A stretch of 51,920 nt of DNA from a virus (IMGVR_UViG_3300042808_000034:1-51920); one strand, 5' to 3'. Positions 40,061 through 50,788 are shown, numbered from the stretch's first letter. Numbers and translations: made by a program. The notes: generated by a model not told the origin, from the sequence alone.

Positions 40061-40396
40061 ATTAATTTAAAATTAAAAGACTGTATATTAGAAAATGTAG
40101 AATATGACACTGAAAGTTGGAGAGGGTGCGAGACTTGTGACTTTGGTTCAAGATATATAAATTACTTAGAATTACAATTTGATGATGGTGATTGTAAAAA
40201 GATAGAATTAAGAAATGAGTATAACTATTTGATGGATGAATCAGAACTTATGGAAATAATATGTAATACAACAGAAGAGATAAGTAAAGAAGAACTGATA
40301 GATAATATTATTGAAATTGCAAAAGTGCATGAAGACCATAGTTATTCATCATTTGAAATATATATAAACGATATATTAATATGGGAGGAAAATTAA
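40061..40396 (+). CDS. hypothetical phage protein with probable ATT start (missed by ORF track)
   Basis: GGAGGAG RBS then open frame (I)NLKLKDC..GCETCDFGS..IWEEN*. Confidence 0.6.
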   Translation: MNLKLKDCILENVEYDTESWRGCETCDFGSRYINYLELQFDDGDCKKIELRNEYNYLMDESELMEIICNTTEEISKEELIDNIIEIAKVHEDHSYSSFEIYINDILIWEEN

Positions 40397-40397
40397 C

Positions 40398-40715
40398 ATG
40401 AATAAAATATATAAATTGCCTAATTGTGAAGAATTAGATAAATATGATATAAAAGATGTAGAAAAATTAGGAGCAGAATGGTTTGTTTATTTTTACTTAA
40501 GTGGTTTTTATGATGGTAATGGTTTTGTTATATGGAAAGAAGAAGATAGATATGGGTATCATGACTTAAGTCATTGTAGTTGTTATGGTCCGACACAAGG
40601 GATAGGTAGAGAAGCTGTTTATTATCCTTGTTTATCAGACATAGAAAAGTTTGCAAATAATTATAATGGTGGCAAAAAAGTTATAGAGTTTATAAAAAGA
40701 AATAATTTGGAATAG
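40398..40715 (+). CDS. hypothetical phage protein
   Basis: YDGNG..HCSCYGP motif. Confidence 0.65.
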   Translation: MNKIYKLPNCEELDKYDIKDVEKLGAEWFVYFYLSGFYDGNGFVIWKEEDRYGYHDLSHCSCYGPTQGIGREAVYYPCLSDIEKFANNYNGGKKVIEFIKRNNLE

Positions 40716-41785
40716 AGGAGAGAATAATATGAAAATATATATATTATTAAGTCACTCAGGTGACTACGAAGATTACCATGTAGAAATAATAAAAGCATAT
40801 GAAATGAAAGAATGGGCTGAAGAACAAAAAGAAATACTAGAAGATATAGAGAAAGAAAAAGAATTACATAAAGATGAATATTTATGGTATGAACCAACAT
40901 GGTATAATATAGAAGAACATGAATTAGAATGTTGGGATATAAGATAAAAGGAGGATTAATTAAAATGAAATATGATATAAAAATGATTAAAATATATATA
41001 AAAAAATTATCAAGTAAACTCAGAGTATCTCGTTGGATATTATGGCAGAAAATAAATAGAAAACACTTATATACTTATGAATTAATAGAAGATAGAACGA
41101 GGTGTCAAGTGTGTGGACGTAATGTGCACGATTATACCGTACCAGATGAATTATGGAACTCATTAGCAAAAAAAGAAGATGTGTATTGTTATGATTGTTT
41201 TTGTGATTTAACTGATAAAAAAGGAATATATTGGAGGATAAATTAATATGCTAACAGATGAAATAAAATTAGAATTAGAGTATATGTCATTAGAATTAAC
41301 TATTAAAAGTTTAACTATTTGCGATAATAAACACATGGCAAAATTACATAAATTAGCTAATATGTATTCTGTATCTGTACCAATAAGTATAATAGATGCA
41401 ACACACTGGGTAAGTAATGAAATTGAAACATTATTAAAACAAGGAGAATCCTTGGATGATGCTATTAATATAACTATTGATAAAATAGTAAATATATATT
41501 TTAAAAGATAATAAAGGAGAATAATAATATGGAAGGTAAAGAATTATTTAAAAACTTAAAATTTAAATCACATATAGAACCTAGATGGGGTCATAAAGGT
41601 GCAATAGTATACGATAATAAACAAGAAGAAGATATAGAAACAGAAGTTATATTTTATATAGATAGTGACAACATAGCTATATCACAAAAAGATATAGCTA
41701 ATCCATTGGAAGATGATGAAAGTTTAATATTTATAAGCAGAGATTTATTAAAAGCTATAAATCAACAATTGGAGGATATGAAATA

Positions 41786-42157
41786 ATGAGTGAATTTAAG
41801 ATAACAGAACGTGGATGGGCTGGGCATTTTATATGTTCTAATAGATGTAATTTTAGAAGAAATACATTAATAGAATATGGTGATAAAAAGGTAGTAGTAA
41901 GCACAGTGGGGCTTATGGAAGCACGATATAGCACATATGCTAAAAGGATTTATGAGACAGTAGGAGCAGGAAGATATTATGAGACTATGTGTTTTTGGGC
42001 TAAGAATGATAAATATAAAGATGCAGATGTAGGAAGACAAATATTTATAGATTGTAATTGGGCTATAGATAAATTATCAGCTGAACTAGAAGCTAATGAG
42101 ATGCATGATAATTATGTAAATGAGGTTAAAAAGTACATATTAAATAATGAAAACTAA
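41786..42157 (+). CDS. hypothetical phage protein
   Basis: ERGWAGHFIC..CNFRRNT..STVG..RYYETM. Confidence 0.7.
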   Translation: MSEFKITERGWAGHFICSNRCNFRRNTLIEYGDKKVVVSTVGLMEARYSTYAKRIYETVGAGRYYETMCFWAKNDKYKDADVGRQIFIDCNWAIDKLSAELEANEMHDNYVNEVKKYILNNEN

Positions 42158-42180
42158 CTACAATATAAAATAACTAATTA

Positions 42181-42214
42181 AGAGATTGCTAAAAGAAAGT
42201 AGTCTCTTTTTTTT
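42181..42214 (+). terminator. intrinsic terminator
   Basis: AGAGATTGCT/AGTAGTCTCT stem followed by T-run. Confidence 0.75.
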
Positions 42215-42234
42215 AACAAATTTAAAACATTTAC

Positions 42235-42263
42235 TTGACAAAACGAAACAAATATGTTATAAT
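42235..42263 (+). promoter_or_regulatory. sigma-A type promoter
   Basis: TTGACA-17-TATAAT. Confidence 0.8.
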
Positions 42264-42398
42264 GAATATATAAAGCAACTGGGTAATTTTAGACAACAAT
42301 ATAAATAAGAAGGAAAGGAGAATGAATTAGAAACAATATAAAAAACAAAGAAATAAATGATATTATTATGAATAAAAAAATAGATAGGAGAAATTAAT

Positions 42399-42740
42399 AT
42401 GAATTTCAAAGAAGAAACAATAGAAAAAATAAAAGAGAGTGGATATAAATTAGAAGATGTAATGTTTGTAGGAAGTAATGATGGAAAATTAAGAATAAAT
42501 ATTGAAAAGTTTTTAGAAATAAGTGATTTTGAATATGATTCAGGATATGGTTCAGCAGAAATTTCTGGATGTTTAATAGTTTATTTTAATGATAAGAGTT
42601 ATTTAGCTAGAGATGAATATGATGGTTCAGAATGGTGGGAATATGTACCAGCATCAAACTTTTCAAAAGATGATAATAGTGATGAATTTATTTTTGAAAA
42701 AGATGAAACGTGGTATTGTTATCTTTTGAAAAAAGTATAA
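42399..42740 (+). CDS. hypothetical phage protein
   Basis: YDSGYG..RDEYDGSEWWEY. Confidence 0.7.
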   Translation: MNFKEETIEKIKESGYKLEDVMFVGSNDGKLRINIEKFLEISDFEYDSGYGSAEISGCLIVYFNDKSYLARDEYDGSEWWEYVPASNFSKDDNSDEFIFEKDETWYCYLLKKV

Positions 42741-43434
42741 ATATTTTAAATAAAAAAGGAGTTTTTATATGAATAAAATAATAAAGATAGAAAATTATCT
42801 ACCACCTGTACCACATAAAGTAAGCGAGGTTATATGCATTAATTGCATGAATAGATATATAGATGTAAGACCATGTATAACATTATTAAAAGAATTGAAG
42901 TGTCCTAAATGTAATAAAGCAGGCTATATAATAGAAACAGGTGAAGCAATAGATTAAAATATAATTTAAAAGGAGGAATAAATTATGGATGAATTAGAGA
43001 TAAGATATAAATTAAGACATAAAGAAAACAAAACACAAGAAGATAAACTGTTGTTAAAATATTATGAACAATTATTTTTAATAAGTGAAATATTAGTAGA
43101 AGAAAGTAAACAACATATATCTCCTGAAAAAGCAATAAGAGATATTAGAAGTGTTTTTTAGAATTTAAAAGGAGGAATAAGACATGAATTCAGAAGAAAT
43201 GTTTAATAAATTAGGATATGAGTTAAGTGAAAATAAATATATTATAGTAAGAGATTTATACTATATAAGAAAAGATTATAATTATGGAAAAATAATCATA
43301 CGTATATCATTAGAAGAAAAAGAAGTAGTAAAATATAATAACGGAGGCTCAAAACCAATTACATTTGATGAATTTAAAGCAATATATAAAACATTAGAAG
43401 AATCAAATCAAATTTAAAGAGGGGGAGAAGAATA

Positions 43435-43845
43435 ATGAAAATTAAGTATATAATAAGTTTAATAATAATACTATTTATGATTTTTAATACAGCGTGTTTT
43501 GCTAAAGGGTCAGTAAGTAGTCATTCATCAGGAGCTAGAAGCTCATCAACATCTCATGTAACAACAAGTAAACCGAGTTCAACTCCTAAATCAAGCTCGA
43601 GCTCAACGAGTTCACATACTACAACAAGTTCGACATCATCACATTTTAGTAATCCATTTTTATGGTTTATGGTTGGTGGAGCCGCAGGACATGTGACAAA
43701 TGATAACAATGATGTTAATATATATGGAGAACAACAACAAAGCATGCAGTTATATAAAGGCAAAGTTTTAATGGTTGGTTTAATATTATTAATATTAGTT
43801 ATAATTATAATATTAGGTATATTATATTGGAAAGAATATGTTTAG
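43435..43845 (+). CDS. exported/membrane Ser-Thr-rich protein
   Basis: signal peptide, S/T-rich linker, C-terminal TM helix. Confidence 0.7.
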   Translation: MKIKYIISLIIILFMIFNTACFAKGSVSSHSSGARSSSTSHVTTSKPSSTPKSSSSSTSSHTTTSSTSSHFSNPFLWFMVGGAAGHVTNDNNDVNIYGEQQQSMQLYKGKVLMVGLILLILVIIIILGILYWKEYV

Positions 43846-44248
43846 ATAGAGGTGAGATTATGGGAAATGAAGAAAAAAATGAATATATAACAGTGACAAG
43901 AGAACCTTGTTTATGTTGTGAATGTAAATATTTTGAATATAGAAGTAATCACTTAGTTAATTTTGGTAATTGTGAAAAAGGACATTTTACATCTACGAAT
44001 AATTATAAATGTAATGAGTTTATTTATTATAAGGAGAAATAATATGAAAGTAGGAGATTCTGTATATGTAAAACCAATAAATGAAGTTCTAAAAATTCAT
44101 TGTATAGATGAAAACGGTATTGGTTGTAATTATACTGGGGAATTTAAACCAAAACAAGGGAATTCATACAAAATAAATTATTTTAGTAAAAATGAATTAA
44201 TACCCTTAAAAGAATATTTGAAACAGAAATATAAGGAGGAATAGAAAA

Positions 44249-44521
44249 ATGAAAGAAAATGATATACAAAAATTAGTAAGAATATTAATTAATAAAAAAT
44301 ATACATATAAGAGCTGGGACGGAACATATGATGAAGCTAATTTGATTTCAAGCGATGCTAAAACAATATTAGAAGAAATATTGAGACAATTTTTATTAGA
44401 CAATCATGATGAGAAAATAGGTGTATTAGAAGCTAAGGTTTATGCTTATGAAAAGATAATAGCAAATAGTAATTTTGCACCTATATTAAAAAATAAAACA
44501 AATGAATTAGAGGAGGGATAA
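44249..44521 (+). CDS. hypothetical protein
   Basis: AGGAGG RBS; LEAKVYAYEKIIANSNF. Confidence 0.6.
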   Translation: MKENDIQKLVRILINKKYTYKSWDGTYDEANLISSDAKTILEEILRQFLLDNHDEKIGVLEAKVYAYEKIIANSNFAPILKNKTNELEEG

Positions 44522-44871
44522 GATGAATAAAAGTATAATATCGTTTGAATTAAACCAAAACGGTGATTTAATGGATACAATAAATGATTTATTAGTACTT
44601 AGTTTAAGCGAAATATTAAATCCTTATTTTGAATATTTTACTTTTGAAGATAATACTAAAATAAAAAATAGAAATATAGACAGAATGATTAGTTTGTTAG
44701 AAAGTATAAAAATAAAGGAGTTGTAAAAATGAATTTACAAAGTAAAGTAATAATAGCAAATACAATAAGAATAATAACGTTTGCAGTTTTAGCAGTAATA
44801 TTTAGACATTGGTGGATAGTGTTGGTTAGTGCGTTATTCTTAACAAGTATTGAAGGGAAGGAAGATTAATT

Positions 44872-45594
44872 ATGAATAAAGAAAATAAAATGATATTAAA
44901 AGTATATGATATAGACTATGGGTTTATCATAAAAAATTACTTAGATAAAGAAATGTGGAGCAAGAGTTGGACTATATTTGAATATAAAAAATTTGTGTTT
45001 ACTTTAAATTTAAGCTCAATAAACACAGAAGATGAAAAAGTTATATTTAGAATAAAAATGACTGATAATAATAAAGAAAATTTATACAATAAAAGAGATG
45101 AACAAGTTTATTATAGTTTAAAAATAGATAATTTAGACATATTAAAAAAACAAATAAATAGCACTATAGCATCAATGATAGAAAAATCAGAACAATATTG
45201 GTATATAATACAAACAGAAGAATATGAAAACATTCAATCTTTTCATGAATTACAAAAAGAAAAACTAGAAAATATTGCACTAGATTTTTTAGATAGTGAA
45301 GGTGTAACAAATGATGATATAAGAGACGCATATATAGAATCATATGTAGATAAAAATGACACTTTTCATTATATGGTTGGTTCTTATATATGTGAGAATA
45401 AATATAGATTTCTTACTGATTTATATTTAATGTTTTATAAAGTAATAGGAGACACAAAAAAATACGAATATATAATAAAACAAATAGATAATAATGATAT
45501 TAATGAAATAATTGAAAGAATAAACGAAGAGTATGAATATATTCAAACTGTTGAATTTGATGAAGATATGAAAGATAAATTAGAAAGTATATAG
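44872..45594 (+). CDS. hypothetical protein
   Basis: 240-aa ORF. Confidence 0.65.
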   Translation: MNKENKMILKVYDIDYGFIIKNYLDKEMWSKSWTIFEYKKFVFTLNLSSINTEDEKVIFRIKMTDNNKENLYNKRDEQVYYSLKIDNLDILKKQINSTIASMIEKSEQYWYIIQTEEYENIQSFHELQKEKLENIALDFLDSEGVTNDDIRDAYIESYVDKNDTFHYMVGSYICENKYRFLTDLYLMFYKVIGDTKKYEYIIKQIDNNDINEIIERINEEYEYIQTVEFDEDMKDKLESI

Positions 45595-45604
45595 GAGAAT
45601 TATA

Positions 45605-46054
45605 ATGGAAGATAAGATTATATTGCCTTTAGATATTATAGAAACTGTATATAATCATGATAAGAAATATATTAAAATTCATAATAAACCAATATATGTG
45701 AAAGATGACAGATATCTAAACTTAATAAAAAATGGATTTAAATGTGCTTGTTGTGGTTTAGAAGGTAAATATGCAGTATTAGAATATAATAAAGGTTATC
45801 AGTGGCATATAAATATATATGGTGATATTAATAATAAAGAGACTCAATTAACAAAAGACCACATATACCCTAGAAGTAAAGGTGGATTAAATCATATAAA
45901 TAACTATCAGGTATTATGTGAAAAGTGTAACAAGGATAAAAAAGACACACCGCCTATGCCTTTAAGATTTGCGTTGCAAAAAGGATATACAAACATAAAT
46001 TCTGTACAAAAAGCAATAAAATTAGGTAGACCAAATGCATTAGTAGGAGTGTAG
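45605..46054 (+). CDS. HNH endonuclease
   Basis: CACCG, LTKDHIYPRSKGG..NYQVLCEKCNKDK. Confidence 0.9.
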   Translation: MEDKIILPLDIIETVYNHDKKYIKIHNKPIYVKDDRYLNLIKNGFKCACCGLEGKYAVLEYNKGYQWHINIYGDINNKETQLTKDHIYPRSKGGLNHINNYQVLCEKCNKDKKDTPPMPLRFALQKGYTNINSVQKAIKLGRPNALVGV

Positions 46055-46055
46055 T

Positions 46056-46128
46056 AGATAATTAGAGATAATCGGAGATTATTGAAGATAATAGTATAAT
46101 AATTTAAGATTATTAGAGATAATTGAAG
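46056..46128. repeat. degenerate 10-bp tandem array (AGATAATTAG-like, ~7 units)
   Basis: agataattag agataatcgg agattattga agataatagt ... agattattag agataattga. Confidence 0.7.
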
Positions 46129-46148
46129 AAAAAAAAGGAGTAAAAATT

Positions 46149-46958
46149 ATGGAATTTAATGAAAAGATAATGAAAAGAGTACAAGAACATTATGATTATT
46201 TAGAATCTAAAGGATATGAGATTGTATTCTTAGGATTATATGGTAGTCCCAATTATGATTTAGATATTTATACAGATGAATATATGTCTGATGTAGATAC
46301 TAAAGCAATAGTATTACCAAGTTTTAGCGACTTTGTTAATGGTTATAAACCAGTAAGTACTACAATAGAGTTAGATAATGAACATATTGATACCAAGGAC
46401 GTTCGAAATATGCATGACTGTTTTAAGAAACAAAATGTAAATTTTATAGAATTATTATTTACTGATTATATGATTGTTAATCCTAAATACCAAGATATAT
46501 TTCAAGAGATATTAGATAATGCTGAAGGAATAGCAAGGTTAAATGTCAATCAAGCATTAAGATGTATATCTGGAATGAGTACGGAGAAGCTACATGCTTT
46601 AAAACATCCTTACCCAAGCATAATTGATAAGATAGAAAAATATGGATATGACCCAAAACAAGCTCATCATGTGGTTAGACTTAATCAATTTATAAAAAAA
46701 TATATTTCTGGCTTGTCATATAGAGAATGTCTTAAAGCTGATAATAAAGAATGGCTAATAGATATAAAATTAGGTAAATTTGATTTAGACACTATAGAAA
46801 AGTTATGTATAAAATTAGATGCCGAAACAAAAGAAATTAAAGATAACAACATAGTGCCAATAGATTTTATAGATATAGAAATGGTAAATTTACTTGATAA
46901 AGTAAAATATGAATTATTAAAAAGAAGATTCAAAGAAGAATTAAATAAAGGAGAATAA
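46149..46958 (+). CDS. Pol-beta superfamily nucleotidyltransferase
   Basis: LYGSPNY.LD..SDVDTK, N.NFIELL, YDPKQAHH.VRL. Confidence 0.8.
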   Translation: MEFNEKIMKRVQEHYDYLESKGYEIVFLGLYGSPNYDLDIYTDEYMSDVDTKAIVLPSFSDFVNGYKPVSTTIELDNEHIDTKDVRNMHDCFKKQNVNFIELLFTDYMIVNPKYQDIFQEILDNAEGIARLNVNQALRCISGMSTEKLHALKHPYPSIIDKIEKYGYDPKQAHHVVRLNQFIKKYISGLSYRECLKADNKEWLIDIKLGKFDLDTIEKLCIKLDAETKEIKDNNIVPIDFIDIEMVNLLDKVKYELLKRRFKEELNKGE

Positions 46959-46963
46959 TAATT

Positions 46964-47248
46964 ATGGATAAAGTAGAAGAAGATTTAATAAAAAGTAATT
47001 TTAGTGCAGAAATATCGTTTGAATTAGATAAAGAAGCTAGTGAAAATTTAAATAAAATATTTGGTATGTCTGATAAACTAACTATTACAGTTGAGAAATT
47101 ATGGAATAATTATAATAAATTAAAACAAGAAAATGAGATGCTAAAATCTCAAAATTGGTTAATGAAAAACGAAATAGATACGATAACAAAAAACTACATA
47201 GATAAATTATTTTTTGAAAAAGAAAGAAAGAGTGATGTGAATGAATAA
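46964..47248 (+). CDS. hypothetical protein
   Basis: AGGAG RBS. Confidence 0.55.
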   Translation: MDKVEEDLIKSNFSAEISFELDKEASENLNKIFGMSDKLTITVEKLWNNYNKLKQENEMLKSQNWLMKNEIDTITKNYIDKLFFEKERKSDVNE

Positions 47249-47591
47249 TTCAAGGAAAACAGATTGGATTGTGATAGAAATATATCATGAAAGATATATG
47301 TTTTCAACAGATATTCATTTATTCAAAGACACAAAAATTAAAGATATTAAAATAAATAATACATACATATATAAAACTAATATAAAAAAATTAAATGAAG
47401 GCAATGCCAAAGATGAAAGATATATTATTGATTATTGCACACACACAGGCAAAGATAAAAATAAAATACACCTTGAATGTGTATTAATAATGCCATTAGA
47501 TGTATTTATAAAAGAAGGTTATGAAAGCTTTGTATGGGGGCAAACCAAAACGAAATATGGATTGTTAGATTTAGAGGAAAATAATCAATAA
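47241..47591 (+). CDS. hypothetical protein
   Basis: ORF track. Confidence 0.55.
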   Translation: MNNSRKTDWIVIEIYHERYMFSTDIHLFKDTKIKDIKINNTYIYKTNIKKLNEGNAKDERYIIDYCTHTGKDKNKIHLECVLIMPLDVFIKEGYESFVWGQTKTKYGLLDLEENNQ

Positions 47592-48062
47592 AATAATGAA
47601 AATATATATAAATAATTGTAAAGTTAGGAAATATAACTTGGTAAAGGAATTATAATATAGTGTGAGACAAACGAGAATATGTCATATGCTAATTTAAATA
47701 GTAAAATAATATAAGTTGTAGACAGAGGGTAATAATATAATTAAAACTAAAATACGGGCTTAATATAAAACAAAGGCAAAATAAAATATAGGTCAAACGC
47801 ACAATGATTGAAAATGAGATTCAAAAGCAAAACGTAATTAAATGCAACCTAGTACAAAAACAAAATGGAAGTACAAAGCCAACGATAAAAAATGCAAAAT
47901 GAAGCACAAAGGCAAAAGGAAAACCTAGACCAAGAAAAACAAGGGCAACGAAAACTGAGTCGAAAGGGAAACACGGGCAGCAAAAAACACAAGTGATGAC
48001 CCCATGCTGTCTGCACGAAAAGTGCATATGATTATTTTAATGATTATATAATGATTATATTG

Positions 48063-48156
48063 GTATCTAAAATTACCCACCTCTGTATCTAAAATTACCC
48101 ACTTCGTGTATCTAAAATTACCCACTTGAAATAAAAAATCGGGTAAAAATAGATAC
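48063..48156. repeat. iteron-like array: 3x GTATCTAAAATTACCCAC plus one inverted variant
   Basis: copies at 48063, 48085, 48108; inverted GGGTAAAAATAGATAC at 48141-48156. Confidence 0.9.
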
Positions 48157-48193
48157 AGAATTGTAAAATAAAATATAAAAAGGAGTATAAAAA

Positions 48194-48442
48194 ATGAATA
48201 AAATAAAAGTAATAATAATTATAATTTTAATGGTATTAATATTTGGAATAGGATTTATTTTAGGAAGAGTTTTTATAGAAAATAAATTACAAAATGAATA
48301 TTATAGTATAATAAATAATTTAGTTTCTGAAAATAATACTTTAAAAAAAGATAATGAAAGTATAATGAAAACTAATGAGGAATTAAATTTTGAGTTAGGA
48401 ACTTTTCAAAGACAAATAAATAATTCAGACACAAGAAAATAA
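48194..48442 (+). CDS. membrane-anchored coiled-coil protein
   Basis: N-terminal TM then heptads. Confidence 0.6.
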   Translation: MNKIKVIIIIILMVLIFGIGFILGRVFIENKLQNEYYSIINNLVSENNTLKKDNESIMKTNEELNFELGTFQRQINNSDTRK

Positions 48443-48452
48443 CAAGAAAGGA

Positions 48453-49043
48453 GTGATTTTATATTATATGGCTAAAGAAAAAGAATATAAACTTGCAATT
48501 TCTTTGTCAGAAGAGTTTATAAAAGATAAAAAAATAAATGATTTATTATATTGTTGGTTATTAATTAATAGTTATTATGATATAGAATCACAAATAAGAA
48601 AAATAGATAAAAATAAAGTTAATTTATCTGCTTTGGAAATTGAATTAGAGATAACAAGAAAAACTTTAAGAAGTGATTTGCAGTATTTAATCAATATTAA
48701 TTATATACAATTAGATAACGATAATAGATGTTATATATTTAAAGAAATTAATAGTAGATTTATTTCAATTAGTCAAGGACTATTAACTCATATGGTTTTA
48801 TCTAATAATAAAAATATTATAAAAATATATTGTATTTTAAAGTCATATTATGAAATGAATAAAAGTAATAGTTTTTTTACTAAAACAATGTTGTTAGATA
48901 AGATAGGATATAATAAAAGAACAGTAAGTAATTATAAAAACATAGATAATATATTAGAATGGTTTGTTAAAAATAGATATTTAAATTATGATATAAATGG
49001 AGATAATAAACAAATTAAGCATAAAATAGAGAAAATTGTATAA
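48453..49043 (+). CDS. putative tandem winged-helix DNA-binding (Rep/initiator-like) protein
   Basis: LEIELEITRKTLRSDLQYL..NYI and IKIYCIL..TKTMLLDKIGY..IDNILEWF; near iterons. Confidence 0.5.
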   Translation: MILYYMAKEKEYKLAISLSEEFIKDKKINDLLYCWLLINSYYDIESQIRKIDKNKVNLSALEIELEITRKTLRSDLQYLININYIQLDNDNRCYIFKEINSRFISISQGLLTHMVLSNNKNIIKIYCILKSYYEMNKSNSFFTKTMLLDKIGYNKRTVSNYKNIDNILEWFVKNRYLNYDINGDNKQIKHKIEKIV

Positions 49044-49048
49044 AAGAC

Positions 49049-49077
49049 TTGACAAAACGCTACATTTATGGTATAAT
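49049..49077 (+). promoter_or_regulatory. sigma-A type promoter
   Basis: TTGACA-17-TATAAT. Confidence 0.8.
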
Positions 49078-49541
49078 ATATGTATAAGAAAAAGAAAAGA
49101 GGAAATATGATATGATTAACGGAATATGGAATGCCCTAATAAGTGGTATTGCTGGATTAATAAAAATAATAATGGTCTTAGGTTTGATTTTATTTTTAAT
49201 AGCTTGTATTGTTTATGGAGGATGGTTTTTCTTTTGGTTAATAATATTAATATTACTCATAGGAATCTGCTCTTAGATTTAATATGCTAAAAACAAAAGG
49301 GGGAAATGCTTAAATGAAAAGGATGTGTGAAAACTGTCCGTATAATTCAAATGAATATTGTAGTTTAAATGATACTTATATAGACGATATGAAATCAAGT
49401 TCTTGTTGTAATATAGATTATGATTTAGAGGTTTTAGAAGATGAAGAAATTTATATATAAAATAGAAAAATGGTTTATTTATAAACTTGGTAAAAGAATG
49501 TTAAAAAAATATGGATATATGGAAAATTGGATTAATAAGAG

Positions 49542-50036
49542 GTGAGTAATATTTTAGATGTTAAAGAATTAGCAATGTATATTGTTTTGAAATACAAAGA
49601 AGATTTTAATAAAGATATTTCAAGTGTTAAATTAAATAAAGTTTTATATTTTTGTTTTGCTTATTGGGGTTCTTATATAATTTTTAATAAAGATTTTATG
49701 AAAGATTCCGAAGTACCTAGTTATTCTGAAATATTATTTGATAGTAAAATAGAGGCTTGGATTTACGGAGCTGCTATTCCAGAGGTTTATTATTTATTTG
49801 TAGAGAATAAACTTAATGAATATTATAATAAAGATTTATTTAATGAAAAAGATTATTTAAAAGAATACTTAGATGAAATATTAGAAGACCTTTTAGATAT
49901 TAGTGATTTTAGATTAGTAGAAATTGCTCATCAAGATAAATGTTGGAAGAAAAATTGGAATTATAAATATATAGATAATTCAAAAGAAATAAATAAAAAA
50001 GATATAATCAAAGAATATATAAAAAAATATATATAA
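49542..50036 (+). CDS. Panacea (DUF4065/SocA-like) antitoxin-domain protein
   Basis: KLNKVLYF, LFDSKIEAWIYGAAIPEVY, LVEIAH...W. Confidence 0.85.
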   Translation: MSNILDVKELAMYIVLKYKEDFNKDISSVKLNKVLYFCFAYWGSYIIFNKDFMKDSEVPSYSEILFDSKIEAWIYGAAIPEVYYLFVENKLNEYYNKDLFNEKDYLKEYLDEILEDLLDISDFRLVEIAHQDKCWKKNWNYKYIDNSKEINKKDIIKEYIKKYI

Positions 50037-50049
50037 GGAGGTGATTTGA

Positions 50050-50235
50050 TTGAAAACAGAACTTATACCAGAAGAAAATAAGATTCAAATAATATATTGC
50101 CCTAGTTGTAATTCTATAGAAAAATTTGAATTACATAAAATAGATGACAATGCTAAAATATTTCAATGTTGCGATTGTGAATCACAATATAAAGTAAGTA
50201 AAGAACCTACAGATATAGATTATAAACAATTGTAA
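50050..50235 (+). CDS. small Zn-ribbon protein
   Basis: CPSC..CCDC; AAGGAGGTGA RBS. Confidence 0.6.
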   Translation: MKTELIPEENKIQIIYCPSCNSIEKFELHKIDDNAKIFQCCDCESQYKVSKEPTDIDYKQL

Positions 50236-50240
50236 GAAAA

Positions 50241-50658
50241 TTGGCGTTAGTGAGTACGTACTAACTTAATGGAGTGTCAACTCTAGCCAATACGTAGACC
50301 GTACCTAAATAACCTTAGGGCTTTAGGTCATAACAAGATTCAGGTTTTAACGTATTAAATTACGGTTTGAAGTGCAGCCTGCAGCTCGAGAGAGATAAAA
50401 AACTTAGTACCATGTAGAGAACTTGGCTCTATAACAACAAATATAGGTATAGATGACTATATTTAATCTAAGTTCAAGGAGTAACGTGCCCTTGTTAATT
50501 GGACTAGCTCCAAACGCTCTAGGGATGGAGAATAATACCCGAAATATAATGTTATACATAGTAGTCATAGGTGGTTGTGATATTTGCGGAGGTGTTAATA
50601 AGATAATAACTCTATTTAACCAAAATATAAAAAATATCACTATGTATAATATTATATT
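50241..50658 (+). ncRNA. candidate large structured ncRNA
   Basis: raised GC and nested helices; 20-bp stem 50543-50562/50639-50658; strand inferred from context. Confidence 0.55.
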
Positions 50659-50788
50659 AATTATGTAAGTAATGATAAAGTGTTACAGCACTTGTTGGTT
50701 TAAATCCAACGACTTATAGTGTTAAATTAATCAAAGTTTTTTCTTTAAGAAGAAGCAGGTAGTATGCGGTAACATACTACCAAAATAA

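Noticed and set aside
47821-48125. - strand ORFs over the A-rich tract and iterons
   Set aside because: Explained by compositional bias and DNA repeats.
48063-48125. CRISPR array
   Set aside because: Spacers are only 4-5 bp and no cas operon is present; iteron-like instead.
50404-50668. ORFs 50404..50640 and 50453..50668
   Set aside because: No RBS or protein features; region is better explained by RNA helices.
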